A model generated the notes under the pieces. It did no database searches and was not told the origin of the DNA. It was given only the letters and a program-made list of their open reading frames with translations. The translations under genes and the position numbers were made by a program. Positions 48,588 to 59,155 of a stretch of 64,000 nt of DNA are shown here, piece by piece. The DNA lies in assembly GCA_963751815.1 (NCBI GenBank), contig CAVVVY010000009.1, forward strand, positions 9,578 through 73,577, given 5' to 3'. Numbering within the stretch: position 1 is the stretch's first letter; each line of letters opens with the position of its first letter. Origin of the DNA: an uncultured Solirubrobacterales bacterium (GTDB taxonomy: Bacteria > Actinomycetota > Thermoleophilia > Solirubrobacterales > 70-9).

Positions 48588-49367
48588 GTGCTGACGGAAG
48601 CGATCGATCTATCCGCCGGGGTCGTCATTCGCGGCCTGCGCCACGCTTACGGCGATCTGAGCACGATCGACGGCCTCGAGATCGAGGCGCCCCCGCACGG
48701 GGTGCTCGGGATCGTCGGCCCGTCGGGGTGCGGAAAGTCGACCCTGCTCGAGCTGATCGCCGGGCTCCAGACGCCGAGCGCCGGAGAGGTCACGGTCGGC
48801 GGCGCGACCGAGGCCGACGACCGCCTGGCGACCTGCGCCTTCATGCCCCAGCGGGACATGCTCCTCCCCTGGCTCTCGGCGCTCGACAACGCCGCCCTGG
48901 CGCTGCGCAACCGCGGCGCCCGCAGGTCCGAGGCCAGGCGCGAGGCGGCCCGCCTCTTCGAGCGCTTCGGGCTCGCCGGGTTCGAGCAGGCCGCGCCGGC
49001 CGAGCTCTCGGGCGGGATGCGACAGCGGGTCGCCTTCCTCCGCACCCTGGTCACCGGCAAGCCGGTCCTCGCCCTCGACGAGCCGTTCGCCTCGCTCGAC
49101 GCGATCACCCGGGCCGAGATGCAGGCCTGGCTGGCGGGCGCGCTGGCGACCGACCCGCGCACCGTCGTCCTCGTCACCCACGACGTCGAGGAGGCCCTCT
49201 ACCTCTCCGACCGGGTGATCGTCCTCTCGGCCCGCCCGGCGCGGGTGATCGCCGAGCTGAGCGCCCCGACCGCGCGCGAGCCCGACCGCGACGCCGCCGT
49301 CACCGACCCGAGCTTCATCGCCGCCCGCGAGCGGGCGATGGCGGCGCTCCACGAGGGCTCACGATGA
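48588..49367 (+). CDS. ABC transporter ATP-binding protein (NitT/TauT-type, ThiZ-like)
   Basis: GTG at 48588. GIVGPSGCGKSTLLELIAG is Walker A, LSGGMRQRVAFLRTL is the signature motif and VLALDEPFASLD is Walker B. It is the 3' part of ORF 47640..49367. Confidence 0.85.
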   Translation: MLTEAIDLSAGVVIRGLRHAYGDLSTIDGLEIEAPPHGVLGIVGPSGCGKSTLLELIAGLQTPSAGEVTVGGATEADDRLATCAFMPQRDMLLPWLSALDNAALALRNRGARRSEARREAARLFERFGLAGFEQAAPAELSGGMRQRVAFLRTLVTGKPVLALDEPFASLDAITRAEMQAWLAGALATDPRTVVLVTHDVEEALYLSDRVIVLSARPARVIAELSAPTAREPDRDAAVTDPSFIAARERAMAALHEGSR

Positions 49368-50116
49368 AGCGGTGGCTGCTGCCGGCGCTGCTGCTGGTCG
49401 GCCTGATCGCCGCCTGGCAGATCGCGGCCGACACCGGGGCGATCGCCAACCTGCTCAACCTCGAGGACTTCCTCGTCCCCTCCCCCTCGGAAATCGCCTC
49501 CTCGCTCTGGGAGAACCGCTCGCTGCTCGCCGAAAACGCCTGGGTCACCCTGCGCGAGGTCGTGCTCGGGTTCGCCTGCGGCCTCGTGGCCGGGATCGCG
49601 TTCGCGATCGCCCTCCATCTCTCCGAGACCCTGCGGCGCGCGGCGTACCCGCTGGTGATCGCGTCGCAGACGATCCCGATCGTCGTCATCGCCCCGATCC
49701 TCGTCGTCTGGTTCGGCTTCGGGATCGGCCCGAAGCTCGCGATCGTCGCCCTGATCTGCTTCTTCCCGATCACCGTCAACACCCTCGACGGTCTGCGCTC
49801 GGTCGACCCCGAGGCGACGAAGATGATGCGCACCCTCGACGCCTCGAGGAGCCAGATCCTCTGGCGGCTGGAGGCGCCGACCGCCCTCCCCTACGCCTTC
49901 AGCGGCGCCAAGATCGCCGTCGCCGTCGCCGTCATCGGCGCCGTCTTCGGCGAGTGGGCCGGCTCCAACTCCGGGCTCGGCCACCTGATGCTCCAGGACA
50001 ACGCCCAGCTCGAGACCGCGCGGCTGTTCGCGGCGGTCGCCGTGCTGTCGGTGATCGCGGTCGCGCTGTTCGGCCTGCTCGCGCTCGCTGAGCGCCGCAT
50101 CGTCACTTGGCGATAG
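49364..50116 (+). CDS. ABC transporter permease (NitT/TauT-type)
   Basis: ATG at 49364 overlaps the upstream stop (ATGA). The sequence includes MKRWLLPALLLVGLIAAWQI and an EAA-like loop, TKMMRTLDASRSQILWRLEAPTALPYAFSGAKIA. Confidence 0.85.
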   Translation: MKRWLLPALLLVGLIAAWQIAADTGAIANLLNLEDFLVPSPSEIASSLWENRSLLAENAWVTLREVVLGFACGLVAGIAFAIALHLSETLRRAAYPLVIASQTIPIVVIAPILVVWFGFGIGPKLAIVALICFFPITVNTLDGLRSVDPEATKMMRTLDASRSQILWRLEAPTALPYAFSGAKIAVAVAVIGAVFGEWAGSNSGLGHLMLQDNAQLETARLFAAVAVLSVIAVALFGLLALAERRIVTWR

Positions 50117-50125
50117 AAAGTAAGG

Positions 50126-51169
50126 GTGAGGCGCTTCCGATCCGCGGCCGTAATGACGGTCATCGCAGTCGCAGCCATCTCGCTGGGGCTCGCCTCCTGC
50201 GGGGAGAAGAGCGAGGGCGGGAGCGCCGAGGCGGACCCGTTCACGCTGACGCTCGACTTCTACCCGAACGCCGACCACGCCGGGATCTACATGGCGCAGA
50301 AGCTCGGCTACTTCGAAGAAGCCGGCCTCGACCTGACGATCCAGACGCCCTCCGATCCGGCGGCGCCGATCAAGCAGGTCGCCGCCGGGCGCACCGACCT
50401 CGCGATCTCCTACGAGCCGGAGGTGATCCTCGCCGAGGAGAAGGGGCTCGACGTCCTCGCGGTCGGCGCCCTCGTCGACACCCCGCTGACCTCGATGATC
50501 TGGCTCAAGGACTCGAAGATCGGCGGCGTCCCGGACCTGCGCGGGAAGACGATCGCGACCGCCGGGATCCCCTACCAGGACGCCTATCTGAAGACGATCC
50601 TGGCCCGGGCGGGGCTCTCGACGAACGACGTGACGACGGTCAACGTCGGCTACGGGCTGCTGCCGGCGATCGTCGGCGGCCGCGCCCAGGCGATGCTCGG
50701 AGGCTTCAGCAACGTCGAGGGAGTCGACCTGCGGCTGCGCGGGAAAAACCCGGTCGTCACCCCGGTCGACCAGCTCGGCGTCCCCACCTACGACGAGCTC
50801 GTCTTCGTCGCCCAGGGCCAGAGGCTGGAAGAAGACCCGCAGGCGGTCCGTCTGTTCCTGGCGGCTCTGGCGCGCGGCACCGCCGCCGCCGCCGCCGACC
50901 CTCAGGCCGCGACCGAAGCGCTGACCGAAGCGAACCCCGACCTCGACCCGAAGCTGACCGCGGCCGAGGTGCAGGCGACCCTGCCGCTGCTGAAACCGCC
51001 GCCGCGCAAACAGGCGGGCGAGGAAACGAGGCCCGCCTTCGGCGAAATGAACCCGGAGGAGTGGGAAGCGTTCATCGGCTGGATGCGCGACCACGGCCTG
51101 ATCAGCGGCCATCCCACCCCCGCCGAAGTGCTCAGCAACGAGTACCTACCGGGCAGGATTCCCGAGTAG
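50126..51169 (+). CDS. NMT1/THI5-like (ThiY-type) substrate-binding lipoprotein
   Basis: The signal and lipobox are MRRFRSAAVMTVIAVAAISLGLASCG. LTLDFYPNADHAGIYMAQKLGYFEEAGLDLTIQTP...AISYEPEVILA is typical of NMT1/THI5-like binding proteins. Confidence 0.8.
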   Translation: MRRFRSAAVMTVIAVAAISLGLASCGEKSEGGSAEADPFTLTLDFYPNADHAGIYMAQKLGYFEEAGLDLTIQTPSDPAAPIKQVAAGRTDLAISYEPEVILAEEKGLDVLAVGALVDTPLTSMIWLKDSKIGGVPDLRGKTIATAGIPYQDAYLKTILARAGLSTNDVTTVNVGYGLLPAIVGGRAQAMLGGFSNVEGVDLRLRGKNPVVTPVDQLGVPTYDELVFVAQGQRLEEDPQAVRLFLAALARGTAAAAADPQAATEALTEANPDLDPKLTAAEVQATLPLLKPPPRKQAGEETRPAFGEMNPEEWEAFIGWMRDHGLISGHPTPAEVLSNEYLPGRIPE

Positions 51170-53462
51170 CTCGAGCTCGCCCTCGCGGATCAGCCGGGTG
51201 ATGTCGTCGGCCGGGAGCGGCCGCGAGAAGAGGTGGCCCTGGCCGTAGTCGCAGCCGAGGCGGCGCAGCTCGGAGAGCTGGACCTCGCTCTCGACCCCGA
51301 CCGCGATCGCGTCGAGCGAGAGGGCGCGCGCCATCCCGATGATCGCCTCGACGATCGCCGTCCGCTCCTGCTCGACCCCGAGCCCCTCGATGAAGGAGCG
51401 GTCGATCTTGAGCGCGTCGAAGGGGAAGCGGCTGAGGTAGGCCAGCGACGAGTAGCCGGTGCCGAAGTCGTCGAGGATGAGGCGGACGCCGAGCTCGCTC
51501 AGCGCCTCCAGCGTCGTCGTCGCCATCGCCGACTCCTCGACCAGGATGCTCTCGGTGATCTCGAGCTGGAGATGGGCGGGGTCGAGGCCGGTCCGCGCCA
51601 GCACCTCGGCGACGTTGTCGGCGAGATCGCGGTTTGCGATCTGGCGGGCGGAGACGTTGACCGAGACGTCGAGCGGCCGTCGGTCGGGTCGCTGATCGTG
51701 CCACTCGACGGCCTGGCGGCAGGCGGTCTCCTCGACCCAGCGGCCGATCGGGCCGATCAGCCCGCAATCCTCGGCGACCGAGATGAACTCCTCGGTCTCC
51801 AGCGAGCCCCGCCGGGGGTGCTCCCACCGCAGCAGGGCCTCGAGCGAGACGATCTCGCCGTTGGCGAGGTCGACCAGCGGCTGGTAGTGGAGCCGCAGCT
51901 CGTCGTTGGAGAGGGCATCCCGGAGGTCGCGCTCGACCTCCAGCCGCCGCGCCGCGCGGGCCCGCATCTCGGCGTCGAAGAGCTCGCTGCGGGCGCGGCC
52001 CCGCTCCTTGGCCCGGTACATCGCCGCGTCGGCGTCGCGGATCAGCGACTCGGCCCCGATCGGCTCGCTCCGCGAGGGGCGGCCGACCGCGATCCCGATG
52101 CTGGCGCTGACGAAATGCTCGACGCCCCCCATCGAGTAGGGCTCGGCGAAGGCCGCCGTGACCCGGTTGGCGATCGCGATCGCCTCGTCCTCGTCGGCGA
52201 GGCGGTCGATCAGGATCCCGAACTCGTCGCCGCCGAAGCGGGCGACGATGTCTCCCGGGCGCAGGTGCGACCGCAGGCGAGGGGCGATCGCGCGCAGCAG
52301 TTCGTCGCCGCCGTGGTGGCCGATGCTGTCGTTGACGAGCTTGAAGCTGTCGAGGTCGAGGAACAGGACCCCGACCGGGGTGCCGGCGACGGCGCCGCGC
52401 TGGAGGGCGACCTCGAGCGACTGGACGAAGCTGGTCCGGTTGGGGAGGCCGGTGAGCGAGTCGTGGAGGACCCGGTGGCGGAGGGCGCGGTCGGTCGCGT
52501 GGCGCTCGACCGCATCGGCGAGGACGTTGGCCGAGGCCTGGACGAAGTGGACGTCCTGCGGCGTGAACTGATTCGGCTCCCGCGAGTGGATGTCGAGGAC
52601 GCCGAACGGGCTGCTCGCGGCCGTCGATCGGGACCGCGAGGCTGCTGCGGACGCCCATCACCCGGAGCGCCGGCGGCATCGAGAAGCGCCCCTCGGTCTC
52701 CCAGTCGTCGACGATCACGTGCAGGCCCGACTCGAGCGCGGCTCCCGCGTGTGAGTTGCGGGCCGCCGAGGCCCGGCGGCTGCCGTCGGTTCCCTGGATC
52801 TCGGCTCCGGCGAGCATCTGCAGGCGGCGGCCGTCGCGGCCGACCTCCCAGATGCAGGCGCAATCGACCCCGTCGATCGCGACCATCAGCGAGACCGCCT
52901 CGTCCATCAGCGCATCGGACTCGCCGTGCTGGAGGGCGTGGCTCGAGAGGCGGGCGACGGTCGCCTGCTGGGCGACCGCCCGGCGCAGCTCCTCCTCGAC
53001 GATCTTGCGCTCGGTGATGTCGTAGAGGACGCCGTGCCAGACCTGGACGCCATCGGGGTCCGGTTCCAGCACCGCCTCGTCGAGGATCCAGACGACGTCG
53101 CCCTCGCGGGTGTGCATCCGATAGTCGATCGGGCGGCCGTTGCGAAGGTTCCCCGCTTCCTGTTCTTGCTCCTGGGCGAGGGCCCGCTCGCGGTCCTCGG
53201 GATGCAGCTGGCGGGCCCAGAGGGTCGGGTCGGCGACCCATTCCTCCGGCGTGTAGCCGAGGATCTCCTCGATCTGGGGGCTGACGTAGCGCCAGCGGCC
53301 GTTCTCCCCCACCTCGCAGGCGTAGACGATCGCCGGCAGGCGCTCGACGAGGCGGCGATAGTCCTCCCCGGCCTCGGAGATCTGGTCGAGAAACTCGCTC
53401 ACCCGGTCGTCGGGCCAATGCTTTCCGGCGGGCTCACCGTCCATGTATCTGACTATCGGCAT
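51146..53462 (-). pseudogene. PAS-GAF-GGDEF-EAL signalling protein with one frame change at ~52610
   Basis: The N-terminal part is ORF 51132..53462 up to ...SLAVPIDG, with PAS (VYACEVGENGRWRYVSPQIEEILGYTPEEW) and GAF domains. By hand translation the sequence continues SSPFGVLDIHSREPNQF...LTGLPNRTSF...RFGGDEFGIL (GGDEF), into ORF 51146..52132, which has the EAL motifs (EALLRWEHPRRG, LQLEITES, LILDDFGTGYSSLAYL). Confidence 0.8.
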
Positions 53463-53519
53463 TTTCGGGCCGCCGGCTTGATGCCTGAGGCCCTGAATTT
53501 GACGCCTGGAAGGGCGTTT

Positions 53520-54409
53520 TCAAACGCCGGTCAGCCATGACCCGGCGAGGCCGCGGAATGGCGCGTACGGCACGAAGAACTCCTCGACCTCCTCGACGGT
53601 CGCCCGGCGCCCGAGATGGGCGAGCTTTCCCACCAGCTTGAGGAACATCAGGTCGCCGGCGGGAAGCGAGTCGGGTTCGCCGCGGCCGAAGAGGCCCAGG
53701 CACTGGACCGTCCAGGGCCCGATCTCGGGAACCCGCAGCAGCCGCGCGTCGGCGACCGGCTCGCCGGGGTCGCAGCGGCCGGCGGCGATGTCCCTGGCGA
53801 CCGCCCGCAGCGCGATCGAGCGGCCGGCGGACAGCCCCATCGACTCCAGTTCGGCCGGCGCCCGGCCGGCGATCGTCGCCGGCCCCGGGACGTCGCGGAG
53901 GGCCCCGGAGTCGCGGGTCATCCGCGGGCCCCAGCGGCCGACGATCCGGCGCTGGATCGTGGCCGCGCGGCGGCTCTCGATCAGCTGCTTGACGATCGCC
54001 CAGGCGAGCGCCTCCCAGGGCCAGGGGCGGCGGTGGGGACGGCGGTGCGGACGGCGGCGCAGGAGCGGGCCGAGCAGGGGGTCGCGGCGGAAGCCGCGGA
54101 AGAACTCGCCGAGGTCCTCGTCGACCCCGAGCGCGAAACGCATCCGCTCGATCGCCACCCGCAGGTCCTCGTCCGCCGCCGGCGGCGCCGACGGTCGCAT
54201 CCCGGCCGCCCGGTTCGGCCCGGAACTTGACCCGCCGAGCCTCCGACCTGCCAGGCCCGGACCAGCACCGGGCTGCCGCCGACATCGAGGAGCCGGGTGG
54301 CGACCCCGCCCTCGATCCGCATCACCCGGTCCTCGCCGCCGAAGCGCGGCATCAGGAACGGCGAGGGGGGCGTGACCTCGACCTCGAGAGCCGAGGACCT
54401 GGCGCTCAC
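53520..54409 (-). pseudogene. HhH-GPD superfamily DNA glycosylase (AlkA-like), frameshifted around 54200-54240
   Basis: The N-terminal domain is in ORF 53981..54409 (PSPFLMPRFGGEDRVMRIEGGVATRLLDVGGSPVLVRAWQ). The catalytic part is in ORF 53520..54200 (WEALAWAIVKQLIESRRAATIQRRIV...LLRVPEIGPWTVQCLGLFGRGEPDSLPAGD). Confidence 0.7.
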
Positions 54410-54723
54410 CGACCCAGGAGGTGAACGTCGACCAGGAACGAGCGGCTGGCGACGACGTTGGTCGGCCGCTGCTCCTTGCGACGGCGCAGACGGCGCGGGC
54501 TCGAGCCGCGGGAGGCCGCGGCGCCGACCGCCCTGACGGCGGCGACCGTCGCCGCCCCCGCGAGCACTCCGCCGGCGGCGGCGAGCGCGGCGGTGCGAAC
54601 CTCGGTCCGGAGGACGGGCGAGCCGGCGGGCCGGTAGGCCTCGAGGGCGCGGACCGGCTGCTCGGGCCCGGCCTCGACGTCCTCCTCGGCGAGGACCTCG
54701 CCCTGGACTTCGATTTCGCTCAA
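54406..54723 (-). CDS. Hypothetical protein
   Basis: 105-aa ORF with a 4-nt overlap with the downstream glycosylase gene. It has an acidic N-terminus and an Ala-rich hydrophobic stretch, with no recognisable motif. Confidence 0.4.
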   Translation of the reverse strand: MSEIEVQGEVLAEEDVEAGPEQPVRALEAYRPAGSPVLRTEVRTAALAAAGGVLAGAATVAAVRAVGAAASRGSSPRRLRRRKEQRPTNVVASRSFLVDVHLLGR

Positions 54724-54816
54724 GATCGTTCCTCGCGCATCACCCGGCCGACTGTAGCGATGCGCGCGGAGGAGTTAGGAAGGGCCGGTCCGGAAGCCCG
54801 CAAGTTGCGAGTTTCC

Positions 54817-55959
54817 TCAGAGCGCCTTCTCGAACATCCGATAGCGCTTGACGATCTTGCCTCCCATGCCTTCCATCGCCCTGTTCATCGGCTCGTTCGT
54901 CTCCAGGATCCAGCCGGTCTCGCCGGCCGGGACGCCGTCCGGGCTGGCGGCCTCGAGGTGTTTGAGGTAGAGGCCGGCGGCGACGCCGGTATGGCGATAG
55001 GCGTGCTTGACGCCGAGCGCGAAGACGCGGACCCGGTCGACCTTCGGCTTCTGGCGCAGGAAGGTGAGCCAGCCCAGCGGCAGCAGCCTCCCCCCCATCT
55101 GGGCCAGGACCTGGTTGATGTCGGGGAGGGTGAGGGCGACGCCGACGGTTTCCCCCTCGCGCTCGGCGACGAACGCCCACCTCTCGTCGATCACCTGTTT
55201 CAGCAGTTTGGCGTGGAACTCGATCTCGGCTTCGGTCGGCGGCACGAAGCCCCAGTTGTCGGCCCAGGCCTCGTTGTAGACCTCGGCGAAGCTCCGCATC
55301 TCCTCGGCGAGGTTGCCCTTGTCGATGTTGCGGATCGTCACCCCTTCCTCGCGCAGGGCGTTTTCCGCGGCGGCGTGGATCGAGGCGTCGAACTGGTCGC
55401 CTTCCTTCAGCTCGCCGAGCGCCAGGTACCACATCAGAAGGTCGATCTCCTTGCTGTAGCCGGCGCCTTCGAGCAGGTCGCGGTAGAACCGCGGGTGCCA
55501 GTTCTGGAGAATCATCGGCCGGACGTCGTAGCCCTCGATCAGGAGCCCGACCTCGTCGTTGGTGGTGAAGTCCATCGGCCCGAGCAGGCGCTTGCGGCCG
55601 TGGCCCCGCAGCCACTCCTCGGCGGCGGAGAGGAGCGCATCGGCGACCTCGCGGTCGTCGACCGACTCGAAGAACCCGAACATCCCGTCCTCGCCGCCCT
55701 GGAACTCGTCCCAGCGGCGGTCGAACTGGGCGGTGATCCTGCCGACCGGCACCCCGTCGCGCTCGGCGAGGAAGTACTCGGCCTCGGCGTGCTCGAAGAA
55801 CGGGTTCTTCTGCCGGTTCAGGAACTGCATCCGGTCGAGGATCAGCGGCGGCACCCACTGAGGGTGGTCGCGGTGGAGATCGAACGGGACCCTGACGAAG
55901 CGCTTCAGGTCGCGCCGTGATCGCACCGGTCGTATCGAGACGCCCGCCATCTGCATCAA
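54817..55959 (-). CDS. GNAT-like N-acetyltransferase family protein (~380-aa type)
   Basis: Intact 380-aa ORF with FVRVPFDLHRDHPQWVPPLILDRMQFLNRQKNPFFEHAEAEYFLAERDG and a C-terminal acetyltransferase-like segment, VFALGVKHAYRHTGVAAGLY. Confidence 0.65.
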   Translation of the reverse strand: MMQMAGVSIRPVRSRRDLKRFVRVPFDLHRDHPQWVPPLILDRMQFLNRQKNPFFEHAEAEYFLAERDGVPVGRITAQFDRRWDEFQGGEDGMFGFFESVDDREVADALLSAAEEWLRGHGRKRLLGPMDFTTNDEVGLLIEGYDVRPMILQNWHPRFYRDLLEGAGYSKEIDLLMWYLALGELKEGDQFDASIHAAAENALREEGVTIRNIDKGNLAEEMRSFAEVYNEAWADNWGFVPPTEAEIEFHAKLLKQVIDERWAFVAEREGETVGVALTLPDINQVLAQMGGRLLPLGWLTFLRQKPKVDRVRVFALGVKHAYRHTGVAAGLYLKHLEAASPDGVPAGETGWILETNEPMNRAMEGMGGKIVKRYRMFEKAL

Positions 55960-56023
55960 GCTCCGCGCGCAACCTACACTTCCGCGCCCCCCGGCAGCCC
56001 ATTGGGCGCGCCGGCGGGCGAGG

Positions 56024-56817
56024 CTAATGGCTGTGGTCGCGGCCCCGGACCGTCAGCCAGGAATCCCAGGTGATCTTGAGGATGACCGTGGTGATTCCGA
56101 GACCGATGCAGCGGGTCCGCAATCGGGAACCCGATGGAAACGACCAAGGCGCTCGCCACGACCGCGAGGCTGACGTAGGAATCTGCCCTGGCGTGATTGC
56201 CGTCAGCGATCAGCGCCGGGCTGTCGAGCCGACGGCCTGCGCTCGTCCGGATCGAAGCCGCGATCCAGTTTGCCGCCGAACCCGATCAACCCGGCGATGG
56301 CGAGCGCGAACAGATGGGTCGGTTCCTCCGGGTGAATCAAACGAGCAACCGCCTCCACCCCGGCGACGGCAGCCGAGGCGAAGATTGCCGCGACGACGAA
56401 TAGCCCGGCCATCCGCTCTGCTCGACCGGAACGGAGCAGGAATGCAACCCCGAGAGGGATCGCCGTACTCGCGTCGCCAAAGTTGTGGATCAGGTCGGCG
56501 AGGAGAGCAACGCTGCCGCTGGCGAGGAAGATCGTCAGCTGAGCCACGGCAGCCACGCCGAGGACGGCCAGCGACAACCCGACAGCCTTCAGGCCCTCGC
56601 GGGAGCGTTTGATGCTCGGGTCAATCAGGCCGTGCGAGTGCCCATGGCCCTGTCCCCCGCCTTCGTGGGTGTGGGGGCCGTGATGGTGGTGAGAATGGGT
56701 GAGTCCCCCGTGCCGGTGCAGGTCGCCGCTCAGCTCTTCATATGTCCCGGTGCCCACGCTCCAGAGGTTAGACCTGCCATCCGCGTCCCGATCCCCTGCC
56801 TGCCTGCCGGCTCCCAC
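56024..56817 (-). pseudogene. Cation diffusion facilitator (CDF) transporter with a His-rich N-terminus and two frame changes. It ends without a cytoplasmic C-terminal domain.
   Basis: ORF 56203..56817 gives HSHHHHGPHTHEGGGQGHGHSHG...LLADLIHNFGDASTAI. An extra A (GGCAAACTGG) at ~56275 shifts the frame to NWIAASIRTSAGRRLDSPALIADGNHARADSYVSLAVVASALVV. An extra C (CTGCATCGG) at ~56115 shifts it to IGLGITTVILKITWDSWLTVRGRDHSH*, with the stop at 56024-56026. Confidence 0.7.
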
Positions 56818-56844
56818 GGCGGCGGCAACCTACACTTTCCACCC

Positions 56845-58102
56845 ATGAGCGAGGCAACCAGGGCCGCGTCCGACGTATTCGAGAAGGCTCGCAGCCACGA
56901 TCGGCTCGAGCAGCTCGAAGCGGCGAAGGAGCACGACCTGCTCCCCTACTTTCGGCTGCTGACCTCGGCGGCGGGGCCGGTGGTCGAGATGGAGGGGCGC
57001 GAGACGATCATGCTCGGCTCCAACAACTACCTGGGCCTGACCGGCGACGAGCGGGTCAAGCAGGGGGCCCGCGACGCCCTCGAGGCGTTCGGCACCGGCG
57101 TCACCGGATCGCGCCTGCTGAACGGGACCACTCCACTGCACCTCGAGCTCGAGCGCGAGCTGGCGGAGTGGATGGGCGAGGAGGACGCGATCGTCTACAC
57201 GACCGGCTACCAGGCCAACGTCGGGTGCATCGGCGCGATCCTCGAGCCGGGCGACACCGTGATCTGCGACTCCGGCGACCACGCCTCGATCCTCGACGGC
57301 TGCCGCCTCTCCGGGGCGAAGCTCCGACCGTTCCGCCACAACCGGATGGACAAGCTGGAGAAGATGCTCGGCCGCGCCGCCGAGGACGGCGGCGGCGTCC
57401 TCGTCGTCGTCGACGGGGTCTTCTCGATGGAGGGCGACGTCTGCGACCTGCCGCGGACGGTCGAGCTCTGCCGGGCCCACGGGGCACGGCTGCTTGGTCG
57501 ACGAGGCGCACGGCGCCGGCGTCCTCGGCCGGCGCGGTGCCGGCGCCTGCGAGCTCTTCGGCCTCGAGGACGAGGTCGACCTCCGGATGGGCACCTTCTC
57601 GAAGAGCCTCGCCTCCTGCGGCGGCTTCATCGCCGGCCCCGCCGACGTGGTCGAGTACCTGAGGATCTCGTCGCGCTCCTTCGTCTTCAGCGCCTCGGCC
57701 GTCCCGGCCGCGGTCGGCGCGGCGCTGGCGGCGCTGCGGGTGATCCGCAGCGATGGCCCGGCCCTGTTCGAGAAGCTGCTCGCCAACGCCGAGTACCTGC
57801 GCGAGGGGCTCCGGGCTCTCGGGCTGCAGGTCGTCGAGCCCGGCTCGCTCGCCGACGGCTCGGTGGTGACGACTCCGGTGGTCCCGGTCGTGGTCGGCGA
57901 CGACTGGCAGGCGGTCCTGCTCTGGAAGGCGCTGTTCGAGAAGGGCGTCTACACCAACGTCGCGATCCATCCCGCGGTCCCGCCCGGCGGCGCGCTGCTG
58001 CGGACGAGCCTGATGGCGACCCACGAGACCGAGCACCTCGACGCCGCGCTCGAGACGATCGCCGGGGTCGTCGCCGACTTTCCCGATCTCCCGCGGACCT
58101 GA
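56845..58102 (+). pseudogene. PLP-dependent alpha-oxoamine synthase (BioF/KBL/SPT family) with one frame change at ~57495
   Basis: ATG at 56845 gives MSEATRAASDVFEKA...IMLGSNNYLGLTGDERV...YTTGYQANVG...DSGDHASILDG. CTTGGTCGACGAGGCGCAC contains one extra G, and the sequence resumes as VDEAHGAGVLG...MGTFSKSLAS (PLP lysine) in ORF 57494..58102. Confidence 0.8.
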
Positions 58103-58224
58103 AATCGAGTTTGTAGTTACCCCCGTCGGGGTAGTTTCGGGCTTGTCCGGATCCGGACGATTCGGCTGGGCCGAGAAATTGTTGCTCTTAGCGAACGACT
58201 CGGCACCAGTTCGTCCGGCGTGGG

Positions 58225-58253
58225 TTGACGCTCAGGTTCGGGCGGAATAGCTT
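58225..58253 (+). promoter_or_regulatory. Putative promoter of the mIHF-like gene
   Basis: TTGACG (58225-58230), a 17-nt spacer and TAGCTT (58248-58253). It lies about 125 nt upstream of GTG 58378. Confidence 0.35.
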
Positions 58254-58377
58254 GCCTCTCTCGCCGCCACTTCCCGGGGCAGGGAGGTGGCGGGGGACAC
58301 ACTCGACGCGACTGGCGCGGCTGGCCTGGGCGCGGGAGATACCCCCAGTTTCAGTCACCCCCAGGGAAGGAGCCCTT

Positions 58378-58737
58378 GTGAATTCTGCTGCGATTGCCCC
58401 TGCTTCAACGACCGCCACGGCCCCTCAGCACATGCAGGCGCTTGCTCGCGCCAACCGGGTCAGACTCGCGAGAGCCGAGCTGAAGCGCTCGATTGCCCGC
58501 GGGGAGGTCGACGTCGCCGGGGTCATCGAGGAGTCCCCCTGGGAGACGGAGAGCATGACCCTGGCCGAGCTTCTGACCAGCCAGCGGCGCTGGGGCCGGA
58601 CCCGGGCGAGGAAGTTCCTTCAGGGCCTGGCGCTGAACGAGAACAAGAGGCTGGGGACGCTGACCTCCCGCCAGCGCTCGCTTCTGGCCGGCGCCCTGCT
58701 GGCGAAATCGAGCCCGCGCGACTCGATCTTCGCCTGA
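58378..58737 (+). CDS. mihF: Actinobacterial integration host factor (mIHF)-like protein
   Basis: GTG at 58378 lies 5 nt after GGAAGGAG. RLARAELKRSIARGEVDVAGVIEE...MTLAELLTSQRRWGRTRARKFLQGLALNENKRLGTLTSRQRSLL parallels the mycobacterial mIHF layout (RRARAELK...V..LL..LP.VGK.KA......L.I...RRL.GLG..QR..LL). Confidence 0.65.
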   Translation: MNSAAIAPASTTATAPQHMQALARANRVRLARAELKRSIARGEVDVAGVIEESPWETESMTLAELLTSQRRWGRTRARKFLQGLALNENKRLGTLTSRQRSLLAGALLAKSSPRDSIFA

Positions 58738-58744
58738 GCCGCCG

Positions 58745-59155
58745 CTAGCCGCGGAGGCCGCCGACCTTGTAGGAGAGGCCGCCCGAGGCCCGACGGAAGG
58801 CGGCCCGCAGCCCCAGAAAGGCGGCGATGAAGGCGACGACCCCCGCCGCCAGTGAGACCGCCAGGACGAGGCCGCCGAGGTAGAGAAGGCCGCCGGTGAC
58901 GATCACGAACACCGTTCCCGCGAGCAGCGTCGAGTGGGAGCGGTAGCCGGCGAAGTGCTCGCGGGCCGAGACCTCGAGGCCGCCGAGCGCGCCGAGGACG
59001 ATGCCGAGCCCGAGCGCGGTCGGGTTGCCGCCGATCAGCCCGATCGCGAGCAGGATGATCCCGGCGAGGATCGTCAGCTCGGCGAGGGGGAATTTGCCCC
59101 ACGGCGCCGGCGGGCGCTCATCCTTCTGACCTGCCTTATCGCTCAACGGCCGCAA
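58745..59155 (-). CDS. Membrane protein, hypothetical
   Basis: Intact 136-aa ORF with four hydrophobic segments (LTILAGIILLAIGLIGG, LGLGIVLGALGGL, GTVFVIVTGGLLYLGGLVLAV, AAGVVAFIAAFLG). Confidence 0.55.
   Translation of the reverse strand: MRPLSDKAGQKDERPPAPWGKFPLAELTILAGIILLAIGLIGGNPTALGLGIVLGALGGLEVSAREHFAGYRSHSTLLAGTVFVIVTGGLLYLGGLVLAVSLAAGVVAFIAAFLGLRAAFRRASGGLSYKVGGLRG

Noticed and set aside
49199-51112. 637-aa minus-strand ORF
   Set aside because: It is antisense to the ABC permease and the ThiY-like binding protein. It is Arg/Gly/Asp-rich and has no motifs.
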